DNA from: Escherichia virus TH47
Sequence record: MT446416.1
Direction: 5' to 3' (one strand)
DNA length: 64,000 nt
Numbering within the stretch: the first letter of the stretch is position 1; each line of letters opens with the position of its first letter. Shown in pieces: positions 42,291 through 51,990 of this stretch. Under the pieces are notes generated by a model that worked only from the letters and a program-made list of their open reading frames with translations, was not told the DNA's origin and did not search any database. The position numbers and the translations under genes are program-made.

Positions 42291-43322
42291 TTATAGTGAT
42301 CTGTAAATTTGGATTAGAAGATTTTTATCGAACATAGGTGAATCAATTTCCATGATTTGTTGTAACACAATCTCATCAACTGACTCAGTACTTTCAAAGC
42401 TTTCACCATCTTCAATAAGTTCTTTGATACTTTGCTTGCTAGTAACAACGTTAAACTCACGAATGTTATAAAGTTTAGTAAAAGTATCACGAATAAAACT
42501 AATCTCATCAGTAGTGATAGCAATATCAACTTGAACCTTTGAAATAGTATTGTCTTGAAGATAGTAACTTGGATCTGTTAATAGTTCTGAAAGTGTAAAT
42601 GTTCTATATTTTGGTGCTTCTGACCAAGAATGGAAAGTTGGTTCTTTACCATGTTCTAAAATCATCACACCTCTTGCATCATCCCATGTATCAGAAAAGT
42701 TATGTGGGAAACAGTTACCTGTGTAAATTACACGAGTTCCTTTAGATGTTGTTTTTGCTTGTCTCTTGTGGAAATGTCCACTAAAAACATACTCACAACC
42801 ACCAAAAGAACCTTCAGTCTCTTTACCATGATCTGGCATCTCAACCATTTTATTGAGCAAGTATCCAGGTAACTCTAAGTGACCAAAAACATACTTACTT
42901 TTAAGTTGAGGTAGAACTTTGTATTCATCTTCAATCATAAATGGAATGAAAGTACAATCATCAAATGTTGTGATTTCATTAATGAACTCGATGTTCTCAT
43001 AAACTTGTGCCATATTAATACTAGTAATGTCACGTTTATTTTTATGATACATGTCATGGTTCCCAACTAAGAAGTAAACCTTATCGAAGTTGTCATTTAG
43101 TAATTGTAGAATTTGTAAACCATAGTTTAATGTTTGAATGTTAATATTACTGCGGTTATGGAAGTAATCTCCCATAAACACGCATACAGTAATACCATTT
43201 TTCTTAGCAAGTTCAATCATAAACTTGATGAAGTTCAAACAATCTTCGTTGTGCTGCTTGCTGTTATTCTTTAATCCTAAATGAATATCAGTAAATGTAA
43301 TTGCTTTATCAAATAGAGCCAT
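42291..43322 (-). CDS. 47: SbcD/Mre11-like nuclease (gp47-like)
   Basis: Phosphoesterase motifs DIHLG, GDYFH, GNHDM and GHFH. Start moved to MALFDK (AAGGA SD); the track ORF begins at a TTG. Confidence 0.85.
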   Translation of the reverse strand: MALFDKAITFTDIHLGLKNNSKQHNEDCLNFIKFMIELAKKNGITVCVFMGDYFHNRSNINIQTLNYGLQILQLLNDNFDKVYFLVGNHDMYHKNKRDITSINMAQVYENIEFINEITTFDDCTFIPFMIEDEYKVLPQLKSKYVFGHLELPGYLLNKMVEMPDHGKETEGSFGGCEYVFSGHFHKRQAKTTSKGTRVIYTGNCFPHNFSDTWDDARGVMILEHGKEPTFHSWSEAPKYRTFTLSELLTDPSYYLQDNTISKVQVDIAITTDEISFIRDTFTKLYNIREFNVVTSKQSIKELIEDGESFESTESVDEIVLQQIMEIDSPMFDKNLLIQIYRSL

Positions 43323-44148
43323 CTTCGTTTTTCCTTTCAATCATGTTCATTTCAATTTCGATTTGACGAGTGTGTGATGGTGTAAAACCATGCATCTCAA
43401 GTAAATCGTCTCGGATGTTACGAACATTTTTCTCACTATTAAGAATCGAACGGAAACTATTGTTAACGAACGAAGTATAGTAAGAGAAAGGATTCAACTG
43501 TACTGCTGGTTTATCTTTTTTGTAAAGAATACTCTCTTTAAAGAGAAGTGCGTTTTTAACTAATTGTATTCTGGCATCACCCATCATTTCATCCAAATAT
43601 GTATAGTTTCTATAGTTGGATTTGTGTGAGATTTCCTCTGCCAGTTTAATGAACATTTTACCTAGTTCATTAGTGATTTTACCATGAACAGTACTGAATT
43701 CTCCGTCTTCAAGATCACCTTTCCAGTGAGAACGAACAACTTCGTACAGAATACCTTCTTCATCTACAATGTAATGTTTGAATGGTTCAAAATTAACTCT
43801 TGTATCTGCTGGGATATGATCATCGGTAATTACACGAATAACCACCTCATCGATAGGTACATCAGTCAGTACTAAATTGTGCTCATCTGCGTATTCCTTC
43901 GCTTTCTTCGCACTCATACCTTCTTTTTCACGAATTGCATCAAGCATTTCATTGTTGAGACGTTTAATACGTGCTGCTTTAGCTTTATCTAAAAGTTCTG
44001 CTGTAATTTCGGATTCATCAAAAACTATATAATCATACATACTGTAGCACTTATCAAGTAACCAGCAATATGAGATTTTACTTTTTTGTATCTCACGAAG
44101 TAAATCAGCATTGTTAAGATACTTTTTACGCTTCGGCCTATTTGTCAT
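43309..44148 (-). CDS. 55: gp55-like late sigma factor with C-terminal extension
   Basis: N-terminus KRKKYLNNADLLREIQKSK resembles T4 gp55 [20 protein letters not shown]; sits after 46/47 as in T4. Start moved to MTNRPK (GGAGAG SD). About 280 aa versus 185 aa in T4. Confidence 0.5.
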   Translation of the reverse strand: MTNRPKRKKYLNNADLLREIQKSKISYCWLLDKCYSMYDYIVFDESEITAELLDKAKAARIKRLNNEMLDAIREKEGMSAKKAKEYADEHNLVLTDVPIDEVVIRVITDDHIPADTRVNFEPFKHYIVDEEGILYEVVRSHWKGDLEDGEFSTVHGKITNELGKMFIKLAEEISHKSNYRNYTYLDEMMGDARIQLVKNALLFKESILYKKDKPAVQLNPFSYYTSFVNNSFRSILNSEKNVRNIRDDLLEMHGFTPSHTRQIEIEMNMIERKNEDGSI

Positions 44149-44235
44149 TATTTCAACTCTCCATGTTTTAAATCCAATAGGTACATTCCTTGTACCATCA
44201 ATGTTATTATAGCACCAAAAACGTCTTTGTCCCAC

Positions 44236-44243
44236 GTATAAAT
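44236..44243 (+). promoter_or_regulatory. T4-type late promoter box TATAAATA
   Basis: Exact TATAAATA about 37 nt upstream of the ATG at 44280, in the divergent region next to the gp55-like gene. Confidence 0.55.
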
Positions 44244-44279
44244 ACATCAAATGTTCCCTTCTTATGGAGAATCAAAAAG

Positions 44280-45011
44280 ATGATTGATCGTAGAATCCGA
44301 TTAAGACCTAAAACCGCAGGTGCTAACTATGTGTATGGTGATTTTGGCAACAGTTCAGAACCAACATTGCTATCGTTTCTGCGTCCAACAAATGGTTTGG
44401 TTTGGACTGTAACCCCAACTGTAACTGAACAAAGGTCTGTTCAATATGAAACACAGTCCCCTATACATACTAACAGTAACTATAACAACTACAAGAATAC
44501 AACAAACACTGTTTTCACTATCCAAGGTGAGTTTTATGCGAACACTGCTGCTGAAGCAATGTATGCATTGGCTTGTGTTCATTTTATTCGTTCCGTGTCC
44601 TTAATGGACTTTGGTCGTCAAGCAGCATCTGCTAATAATCCCGAACTAGCAATTGCAGGTGCACCACCACCAATTTTACTATTAAGTGGGTATGGTCGTT
44701 ATACATATAATGATATTCCTGTTATTTTGAAAGCATATAATTTTACATATCCAAATGATGTGTCTTACATTCAGGTTCCATTGGATAGTAGTGATAGTAC
44801 TTTTAATTTATCTGATATGGATAGTCGTAAATTCTTCGAACAGCTTAGAAGTACTGGATATATGAATCCACAAGATGAGGTATGGGTTCCACAGAAAATA
44901 TCGGTAACGCTTCAACTTGAAGAACAACCAACATCTGATTACATGACTAAAAAGTTCAACCTAAATGCATTTAAGCGTGGTGAACTATTACGTAATGGAG
45001 GATTTATCTAA
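44280..45011 (+). CDS. putative virion/baseplate structural protein (243 aa)
   Basis: Start moved to MIDRRIR (GGAGA SD); perfect TATAAATA about 37 nt upstream; first gene of the plus-strand baseplate cluster. Confidence 0.5.
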   Translation: MIDRRIRLRPKTAGANYVYGDFGNSSEPTLLSFLRPTNGLVWTVTPTVTEQRSVQYETQSPIHTNSNYNNYKNTTNTVFTIQGEFYANTAAEAMYALACVHFIRSVSLMDFGRQAASANNPELAIAGAPPPILLLSGYGRYTYNDIPVILKAYNFTYPNDVSYIQVPLDSSDSTFNLSDMDSRKFFEQLRSTGYMNPQDEVWVPQKISVTLQLEEQPTSDYMTKKFNLNAFKRGELLRNGGFI

Positions 45012-45325
45012 TGTCCAATTATAGTCAATACTCTCCTTATGCAAAGGTTAAACAAACGTGGTATCTTGGTTACAATTTACCACGTGATATGGTTCCTGCT
45101 GATACTGACGACTTCTATGTAATTCCATTGAAGTATGAGCATCAACCTTGGCGTTTAGCATACGAAATGTATGGTAATGAACGTCTGTATTATGTATTTG
45201 CCCTATTGAATCCTGATATATTAGGAGAAGACCCAATATACAATTTTAATAGTGGTATCACAATTCGTGTTCCCTCAAATCAACGAGTGCAAAACTATTT
45301 GAACGGTACTCGTAACATAGGTTAA
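45011..45325 (+). CDS. LysM-like baseplate protein (gp53 / P2 gpX-like), tentative
   Basis: 104 aa; WRLAYEMYGNERLYYVFALLNPDI...GITIRVP resembles the tail protein X / LysM-like pattern; translationally coupled to the upstream gene. Confidence 0.4.
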   Translation: MSNYSQYSPYAKVKQTWYLGYNLPRDMVPADTDDFYVIPLKYEHQPWRLAYEMYGNERLYYVFALLNPDILGEDPIYNFNSGITIRVPSNQRVQNYLNGTRNIG

Positions 45326-45336
45326 TGGAGTAAAGT

Positions 45337-47592
45337 ATGGCAGATTTACAAAGTTCTGTTGATAATTTTAAAAATGATATTTCAAACATCACAAGTTCTG
45401 CAAAGGCAGCAAAAGAAACTGCAACAAGTACTATTGAAAGCTTAAAAGCCACTGCTAATACTTTGCAAAATGATCTTGAAAAAGTAAAAAACAATTTTAA
45501 AGCTAAGGTTAGTAACGTACAGTCTTTACCAAAGCAAAGTGCAAGCGTTGACCAAGTGTATGAAGACTTGGATCTAAGTGAGTTTGTTATTCCTTATGAC
45601 AATAAATTGTTAAAGTATGACAATCCAACTTGGCACTTTTCCCTTTTCGCATTAGACAAGGATGATTTCAAAAACTTCTGGCTTTACCCAGATGCTGAAG
45701 TTCAACGTCATGTCATCTCTGAAAGTGGTGTAACTGGAAAGTATAATATCACAAGTGTTCAGATGACGCAAGCTGGTCCTTCAACTCCAGGGATGACAAC
45801 CAACTATTGCTTCAACACAGCAGTACTGAACCTTTCAGAAAACAATAGTATGAGTTTATATGATGAACTAATTTCTTTAAGTAATAAACTAAGGTATCAT
45901 AAGTTCATGGACTTACCTTTAATATTAGAATTGAAATTTATTGGATTCAATACTAATGGTGTACCTGAAACTATACCAGAAACAACTCGTAAATGGTCCG
46001 TGAAGATTAACAGTGTTACCGCTAGTGCATCACAAAGTGGTAGTACTATGATGTATTCTATGAGTCTTGTTCATAACCGTACTGCTCTAGTGGATAACGT
46101 TGAATGGACTCTTAAAGAACCATTTAACTGCACAGCAGAAAACTTTGGTGATTTTTGTTTTGATTTGGAAGATAAATTGAATCAAATGGCAGACCAACAA
46201 TATGGTTATTTGCGTTATAAATTTGGTGAGTTAGCAGAAGGGAAGTTCTTTGAATTTAAAGTTGCACCAGATTTACAGGATTTGTTTATAAACTATGATT
46301 CTAAACAGATGGCAGAAGCTGGAGCTACAAAAAGTGGTGCACAGGGTTCTAAAAACTTTTCATGGAATCCAAGTACTCCAATTTCTCGAATTATCGATGA
46401 CGTAATAGATACCTGTACTGTACAGGCTGATGATAGTACTAGTGTTCGTCAATTTGTTAATATAATCCCACTTAAACAGTATGTTGGATTTGATAATTAC
46501 CGAAACACGTCAGTTTATAAAGTTGTTTTCTATATAGTTCGTTTTAAAATTGGTGATATTGTTCATGAATCCGATTTACAGCCAGAAAACTTTACATTTG
46601 AGTATTTCTTTGAAAATGCCGAGAAATATGTAGACCCAAATGACCAAAAACCAAAGATTAACATGAAAACTTACAATTATCAGTTTAGTGGACTCAATAG
46701 TGAGATTCTAGACCTTGATTTGAAGTTTGACCAGCAATTCTTTGTGGCTACAACTCGTAACCCTGGGCCAATACAGGATGTTGCTAACCACGCTGGTACT
46801 CATACCTCCCAAGAATTGAATATACAAGGGGTTCAGTACAACAGTATACCAGATGCATGGGCAAAAACAAGTGATTTACGCGTTACACGTGATCTTGGTG
46901 GTATGTTAACACAGGCTCAGGAACAACTACTCAATCAAGTTGAAACTTTAGCAAAAGAACAAATGCAAGTTGGTAATGCTGAAGAACAGGATCGTTATAA
47001 TAACTATCAAGTAAACGTTCTACCACAGTATATTGAAGATTATCTAACCACATATGAAGAAAATGACGGTGGAACCGATGGAATTGGTCATCGATATGGT
47101 GAAGTATTCACAATGCCAACTGAAGCAACCAATAATGAAACAACATTATCTGCATCATTGAACGATAACAGTAGTACATATGAAATGGACCGCCGTAAAA
47201 TTCGTGACAACTATTACAATCGTCCATTCTTGTGTAAATTGGATATGCGTGTAGTTGGTGACCCATATTGGTTAGGTTGGAGTGATTATCCATATATCCA
47301 ATATCTTGAACAGGTAATTAATGGAGAAGATATGGAAATTAATCCAGAAGATTACCATGTAGCAAACTACATTACATCTGAAGCATATCTTTTATTGAAA
47401 TTACAACCTGTAGTTTCTATAAATGATAACACTGGTGTTCTTGATATTAATACCCCAACTACATTTAACCAAACTGTTTATCGTGTAAACAAAATTGTTC
47501 ATGATTTTGGTGCAGGTGGTTCATTTACACAACAAATTCAGGCTGCAATTGTAATTCGTGCACTCAAACGTCACGATAGTATAATTGAATAA
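45337..47592 (+). CDS. putative baseplate/tail structural protein (751 aa)
   Basis: Long ORF with GGAG SD, N-terminal coiled-coil-like segment, immediately upstream of the gp5-like spike gene. Confidence 0.5.
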   Translation: MADLQSSVDNFKNDISNITSSAKAAKETATSTIESLKATANTLQNDLEKVKNNFKAKVSNVQSLPKQSASVDQVYEDLDLSEFVIPYDNKLLKYDNPTWHFSLFALDKDDFKNFWLYPDAEVQRHVISESGVTGKYNITSVQMTQAGPSTPGMTTNYCFNTAVLNLSENNSMSLYDELISLSNKLRYHKFMDLPLILELKFIGFNTNGVPETIPETTRKWSVKINSVTASASQSGSTMMYSMSLVHNRTALVDNVEWTLKEPFNCTAENFGDFCFDLEDKLNQMADQQYGYLRYKFGELAEGKFFEFKVAPDLQDLFINYDSKQMAEAGATKSGAQGSKNFSWNPSTPISRIIDDVIDTCTVQADDSTSVRQFVNIIPLKQYVGFDNYRNTSVYKVVFYIVRFKIGDIVHESDLQPENFTFEYFFENAEKYVDPNDQKPKINMKTYNYQFSGLNSEILDLDLKFDQQFFVATTRNPGPIQDVANHAGTHTSQELNIQGVQYNSIPDAWAKTSDLRVTRDLGGMLTQAQEQLLNQVETLAKEQMQVGNAEEQDRYNNYQVNVLPQYIEDYLTTYEENDGGTDGIGHRYGEVFTMPTEATNNETTLSASLNDNSSTYEMDRRKIRDNYYNRPFLCKLDMRVVGDPYWLGWSDYPYIQYLEQVINGEDMEINPEDYHVANYITSEAYLLLKLQPVVSINDNTGVLDINTPTTFNQTVYRVNKIVHDFGAGGSFTQQIQAAIVIRALKRHDSIIE

Positions 47593-47605
47593 GGAATAAT
47601 TTAAG

Positions 47606-50272
47606 ATGGCAGATACAAGTAAGAAATATGCCCAACAACAGTTGGGTCGTTTTGACCCTTCGTATCCACAACTAGCAACCGTGATGGATAACCGTGACCC
47701 AACTAAATCCGGTAAGCTAAAAGTGTGGATTCAAGGTTCACAAAGTGATAAAAATTCAAAAGAGTCATGGATTGAAGCATCATACATGTCTCCATTCGCT
47801 GGTAAAACTCCAGGGATACCAAGTGCTGATGCTTATGGTCAATATCCAAAGGGATATGGTTTTTGGGCGGTTCCACCTGATGTCGGATGTACTGTTGTTG
47901 TTATATTTGCACAAGCAAGAACATTCCAAGCGTATTGGATTGGTTGTGTTTATGACCAACGTATGAATACGATGGTTCCTGGAATGGCTACTGAAATAAG
48001 CAACTATGCTGGTACTGATATGCCATTACCCGTAACTGATTATGACCGTAATACAATTTCTACCAGTACACAAGACAAATATGCAAACGTTCCAATTATT
48101 GCAGGTCTGAAAAAACAAAACTTACTTTATGATGAGGAAGCGGGTGTTGCTAACCGTAGCAGTACTCGCCAAACTACCAGTACGGTTTATGGTCTTTCAT
48201 CACCTCGTGGTAACAGTTTTATTATTGATGATGGTTACACAGAAGAAGAATTAACAGCACCTACATGGGATCAAGATCCAGATGGTTATCAGGATACACA
48301 ATTCAATAACCCAGTAAACGATACTCGCGTTGGTTCTCGTAAAAATGAAGGCGTTGTAATTAAAACACGTAGTGGTGCACAGTTGTTGTTATCTGAAGCC
48401 TCTGGTGATGTTCTTTTAATTAACCGTGATGGTACTGCACGTATTAAATTCACTGGTGAAGGTGACATTGAAATGCACTGTGATAAGAATATTAACATTC
48501 GTGCAGGACAAGATATTAACATGGTTGCTGGTCGCTCATATAATATTGAAAGTGGAGCAGACTTCAATGCTCGTGTTGGTGCAAACACTAAACTAGATTT
48601 GGTTGGTGCATTGGATGCTAAAGTTGGTGGTCAGGTTGTTATTAACGCTGGGGCAGATTTACGTTTAGTAACAGCAGCTTCATTACGTATGCAAAGTGGT
48701 AGCAGTACTGATATAACTGCTGGTTCTAATGCGTCAATCTCTGCTGCTACCAGTGCTAATCTTATTGGTTCTTCATCAGCTATTATTAGTGGTGGTGGTC
48801 AAACTCTTACTGTTAACAGTGGTGGTAATAGTGGTACTGCTGAATTTAATGCACCAAACTTCCGCACCCCATCTGCTGGCTTGAATGAACATATACATGA
48901 TATATCGGCTTGGGTTGATGCAGAGAATCACGGCAGTACTGTTGAACCTCCACGTCAAGGTGGTGGTAGTGGGAATAGTGAATCCCCAGTTCAACCTGAA
49001 CCTGCTAATGATGTAGCTCCAACTTTAGCTCCAGTACAGGACACTGAAGCAATTCAATATGTAAATTATACAACAGAAACAGAACAAGTTCAAACACAAG
49101 ATTTAATGACTTCTGATCCTGGCATGGCTGGTTATAGCATTACGTATGAAGGTCTTCATATGTTCATGCCGTGTAGTGGAACCATTCGCCAATACGGTTA
49201 TTGGGGGAAAGGTGTCCCGACTAGTGGTGGTGGTAAAGCTGATAGAAGTGGCTGGGAAATACAGTGCAAGGGTGATGTTGTAGCTCCAGATGGTGGTGTA
49301 GTTGTTATCACGAATGGTGCTTTATTGGTTCAACATAAGTCTGGATATAAATCTGTATTTTATAATATTCAATCAGATTTGCTCAATAAAGACGTTGTTC
49401 AAAAAGGACAAGTACTGGGGAAAGCTAATGGTGTTATTCAATTTGAAATAAGAGTTACCTCTGCCAACGTACTGGGATTTAGTGGTTCAGTTGACCCTGG
49501 ATTATTCTATGCATCGCAGACTGGTACAGGTTCTGAAGCGGGAAATAAAACATTAATTGCAGGACAAGCAACGAACCAAGCAGCACCGAAAGCTGTTGTT
49601 CAACCTTCTGTTGATAGTGATGAATTAGTTGTCTCCACTAAAATTAAAACCATCGGTACTGGATATTCACAACGTGGTTCTAGGCATGTCCCTCGTCGTA
49701 GAAGAACACAACGTTCAGGTGGTAGTACCGCAGCACCAACTGCACAAGAATCATACAATGTTGGTAATGTTGACAAGACGGCAATTGACTGGAAAGTTGT
49801 TCCTGGTGATTCACAATTTATTTCCGAATTGAAAGAATATGAAGGGACAATGGCGTATCAACAAGCTAAAGGATATTACCGAAATGGTAAATTCTGGAGA
49901 TATTTAGACAGTCGTGGGTTCCCAACCATTGGTTACGGACACTTGATTGTTGGTGGAGAAAACTTCTCTGGTGGTATTACCGAACAGGAAGCCAATGATA
50001 TGTTAGTTCGTGATAGTAGTAAAGCTATATATGATGCCAAATCAATCTACGCTTCTTATAAGATGAAAACACCTTACATGGCACAACAAGTCCTATGTCA
50101 AATGGTCTTCCAGATGGGTAAAGGTGGAGTAATGAAATTCAAGTCAATGCTATCTGAAATGGCGAAAGGAAACTATAAGCAAGCTGCTGCTCAAATCCGA
50201 AATTCTGCTTGGTATCGCCAAACAACTCGTCGTGCTGAATTAATGGCACGAAGATTAGAGGCATGTCAATAA
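47606..50272 (+). CDS. 5: baseplate central spike (gp5-like): OB-fold N-terminus, beta-helix-like repeats, degenerate M23-like segment, C-terminal GH24 lysozyme
   Basis: N-terminus GKLKVWIQGS...GFWAVPPDVGCTVVVIFAQARTFQAYWIGCVYD (gp5/VgrG-type OB fold); repetitive Gly/Ser/Ala middle; M23-like segment with HxH replaced; C-terminal EYEGT...PTIGYGHL...FQMG...WYRQT lysozyme. Confidence 0.75.
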   Translation: MADTSKKYAQQQLGRFDPSYPQLATVMDNRDPTKSGKLKVWIQGSQSDKNSKESWIEASYMSPFAGKTPGIPSADAYGQYPKGYGFWAVPPDVGCTVVVIFAQARTFQAYWIGCVYDQRMNTMVPGMATEISNYAGTDMPLPVTDYDRNTISTSTQDKYANVPIIAGLKKQNLLYDEEAGVANRSSTRQTTSTVYGLSSPRGNSFIIDDGYTEEELTAPTWDQDPDGYQDTQFNNPVNDTRVGSRKNEGVVIKTRSGAQLLLSEASGDVLLINRDGTARIKFTGEGDIEMHCDKNINIRAGQDINMVAGRSYNIESGADFNARVGANTKLDLVGALDAKVGGQVVINAGADLRLVTAASLRMQSGSSTDITAGSNASISAATSANLIGSSSAIISGGGQTLTVNSGGNSGTAEFNAPNFRTPSAGLNEHIHDISAWVDAENHGSTVEPPRQGGGSGNSESPVQPEPANDVAPTLAPVQDTEAIQYVNYTTETEQVQTQDLMTSDPGMAGYSITYEGLHMFMPCSGTIRQYGYWGKGVPTSGGGKADRSGWEIQCKGDVVAPDGGVVVITNGALLVQHKSGYKSVFYNIQSDLLNKDVVQKGQVLGKANGVIQFEIRVTSANVLGFSGSVDPGLFYASQTGTGSEAGNKTLIAGQATNQAAPKAVVQPSVDSDELVVSTKIKTIGTGYSQRGSRHVPRRRRTQRSGGSTAAPTAQESYNVGNVDKTAIDWKVVPGDSQFISELKEYEGTMAYQQAKGYYRNGKFWRYLDSRGFPTIGYGHLIVGGENFSGGITEQEANDMLVRDSSKAIYDAKSIYASYKMKTPYMAQQVLCQMVFQMGKGGVMKFKSMLSEMAKGNYKQAAAQIRNSAWYRQTTRRAELMARRLEACQ

Positions 50273-50284
50273 ATATTTCAGTAC

Positions 50285-50292
50285 TATAAATA
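50285..50292 (+). promoter_or_regulatory. late promoter box TATAAATA (tttcagtacTATAAATAata) upstream of lysozyme
   Basis: Exact TATAAATA embedded in the cagtaCTATAAATAAT context shared with the capsid and core-protein upstream regions. Confidence 0.5.
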
Positions 50293-50309
50293 ATAATGAG
50301 GAAATCTTT

Positions 50310-50798
50310 ATGAGTAAATGGGAAATCAAAAATACCGACGAACAATTTTTTAAAGAAATTAAAGAATTTGAAGGTACTATTGCGTATCAGAAAAAACTTG
50401 GTTATTTTAAAAATGATAAGTTTTGGGTATATAAAGACAGTCTAGGTCTTGATACCATTGGTTACGGTCACCTTGTACTTAAGGGTGAAAGTTTCAAAAA
50501 TGGACTCACTGAAGCAGAAGCTGATGCTCTCCTTATAAAAGATGCTCAGACCGCTTACAATGACGCAAAATCAATCTATGATCAATTTGGAATGACTGCT
50601 CCAGTACAGGTTCAGCGTGTATTGTGGTTTATGGTGTTCCAAATGGGTAAATCAAAAGTTTTAAATTTCAAAAAAGCGATGGCTGCTCTTGGTCGTGGTG
50701 ATTATAAAACTGCTGGTAAAGAAATGCGTGATAGTACGTGGTACAAACAAACCACATCCAGAGCGGAGAAGATGGCTCGAATCGTCGAATCCGTATAA
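50310..50798 (+). CDS. e: T4-type lysozyme (GH24, gene e-like endolysin)
   Basis: EFEGT...YKDSLGLDTIGYGHL...FQMG...WYKQT matches T4 lysozyme catalytic Glu/Asp/Thr positions; TATAAATA about 20 nt upstream. Confidence 0.85.
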   Translation: MSKWEIKNTDEQFFKEIKEFEGTIAYQKKLGYFKNDKFWVYKDSLGLDTIGYGHLVLKGESFKNGLTEAEADALLIKDAQTAYNDAKSIYDQFGMTAPVQVQRVLWFMVFQMGKSKVLNFKKAMAALGRGDYKTAGKEMRDSTWYKQTTSRAEKMARIVESV

Positions 50799-50813
50799 TA
50801 AAGGAAACACATA

Positions 50814-51209
50814 ATGGCAATTGTTTTTAAAGGTTTTTCAACTCCAGTAGTTGGAAGAACTGAAACATTGTATGACAGTGAATTGGTTCGTCAGGATTTA
50901 ATGAATCATTTCAATACAAAAAAAGGTGAACGTGCATTTGATGCTGATTATGGGTTCATTGCGTGGGATTTGCTATTTGAATTGGATGGTTATAATACAA
51001 TCAACCTTTTGGAAGCAGATGCCCGTAGAATTATTAGCTTGGACCCACGTTTAAGCTTAAAGAAACTTCAAATATCAAGAATTGAGTACGGTTATCAGAT
51101 GGATATAGTACTTGAATATGTTGTTCTCAATACTCTTGAAGAATTAACTATAGTTTTTGATGCAAGAAGTAACAACAGAATGGCTACCTATTCTGTATCA
51201 TCTTTGTAA
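50814..51209 (+). CDS. 25: baseplate wedge protein (gp25 / gpW-like)
   Basis: 131 aa; KGERAFDADYGFIAWDLLFE resembles T4 gp25 KGSRPFDPEFGCDLSDQLFE; followed by a UUCG-loop terminator. Confidence 0.7.
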   Translation: MAIVFKGFSTPVVGRTETLYDSELVRQDLMNHFNTKKGERAFDADYGFIAWDLLFELDGYNTINLLEADARRIISLDPRLSLKKLQISRIEYGYQMDIVLEYVVLNTLEELTIVFDARSNNRMATYSVSSL

Positions 51210-51215
51210 ATTATA

Positions 51216-51246
51216 AAAGCACTCTTCGGGGTGCTTTTCTTTTTGG
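51216..51246 (+). terminator. rho-independent terminator with UUCG tetraloop
   Basis: AGCACTCttcgGGGTGCT followed by ttttcttttt, after the gp25-like gene. Confidence 0.65.
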
Positions 51247-51279
51247 ATAAATATTTCTATATAATTCATGGAGTGATGT

Positions 51280-51987
51280 ATGAAAAGTTATTATGGTTTC
51301 ATTTATCAATGGGAAGATAGCACCAATGGTATAAAATACATAGGTTCTCATTATGGAGCAACAGATGACAATTATGTGTCATCTAATGTTATAGTTAATA
51401 GAATTTATAAGGGAAGACCACAGGATTTATCAAGAACAGTTTTAGAATATATTATAGTTGATGATAAGAAATTTTTATTGGAGAGAGAACAAAAATACTT
51501 AGATTTGATATTACCCTCTGAATTGTACACGAGTTTAAACAGAAAAAATAAAACCGTGAAATATTACAACATGAAAAGGAATGCATGTGGTGGTAACGGT
51601 GGTGTAGGAAGTAATGGTATGTTGAAAAATAAAATAAAATATTTTAACAAACATACATTTGAACAAAAATTCTTTAGTAGTACTGACATTATACCAGATG
51701 ATTGGGTTAAAGGTGTACCATCCTCAAAGGTTAGCTGTACTGGAAGCACTTGGTATCTGAATATCAAAACTGGGGAAAATAAAAGATTTAAGAATAATCC
51801 AGGTATTGAATGGATTGAAGGTAAACGTAATATTTCAACAACACCAAAAAAAGTAAACACTCCGTATGGAATTTTTGAAAGTGCATCTGAATGTGGTAGA
51901 CAGACTGGGATAAAACAAGCAACTGTAACGTTTAGGTGTCGTTCAAAATCATCTAATATGGCAAATTGGTTTTATATAGAGGAATAA
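51280..51987 (+). CDS. GIY-YIG homing endonuclease (Seg-like)
   Basis: N-terminal YGFIYQWEDSTNGIKYIGSH...EREQKYL is a GIY-YIG module; freestanding gene between gp25-like and gp6-like genes. Confidence 0.7.
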   Translation: MKSYYGFIYQWEDSTNGIKYIGSHYGATDDNYVSSNVIVNRIYKGRPQDLSRTVLEYIIVDDKKFLLEREQKYLDLILPSELYTSLNRKNKTVKYYNMKRNACGGNGGVGSNGMLKNKIKYFNKHTFEQKFFSSTDIIPDDWVKGVPSSKVSCTGSTWYLNIKTGENKRFKNNPGIEWIEGKRNISTTPKKVNTPYGIFESASECGRQTGIKQATVTFRCRSKSSNMANWFYIEE

Positions 51988-51990
51988 ATT

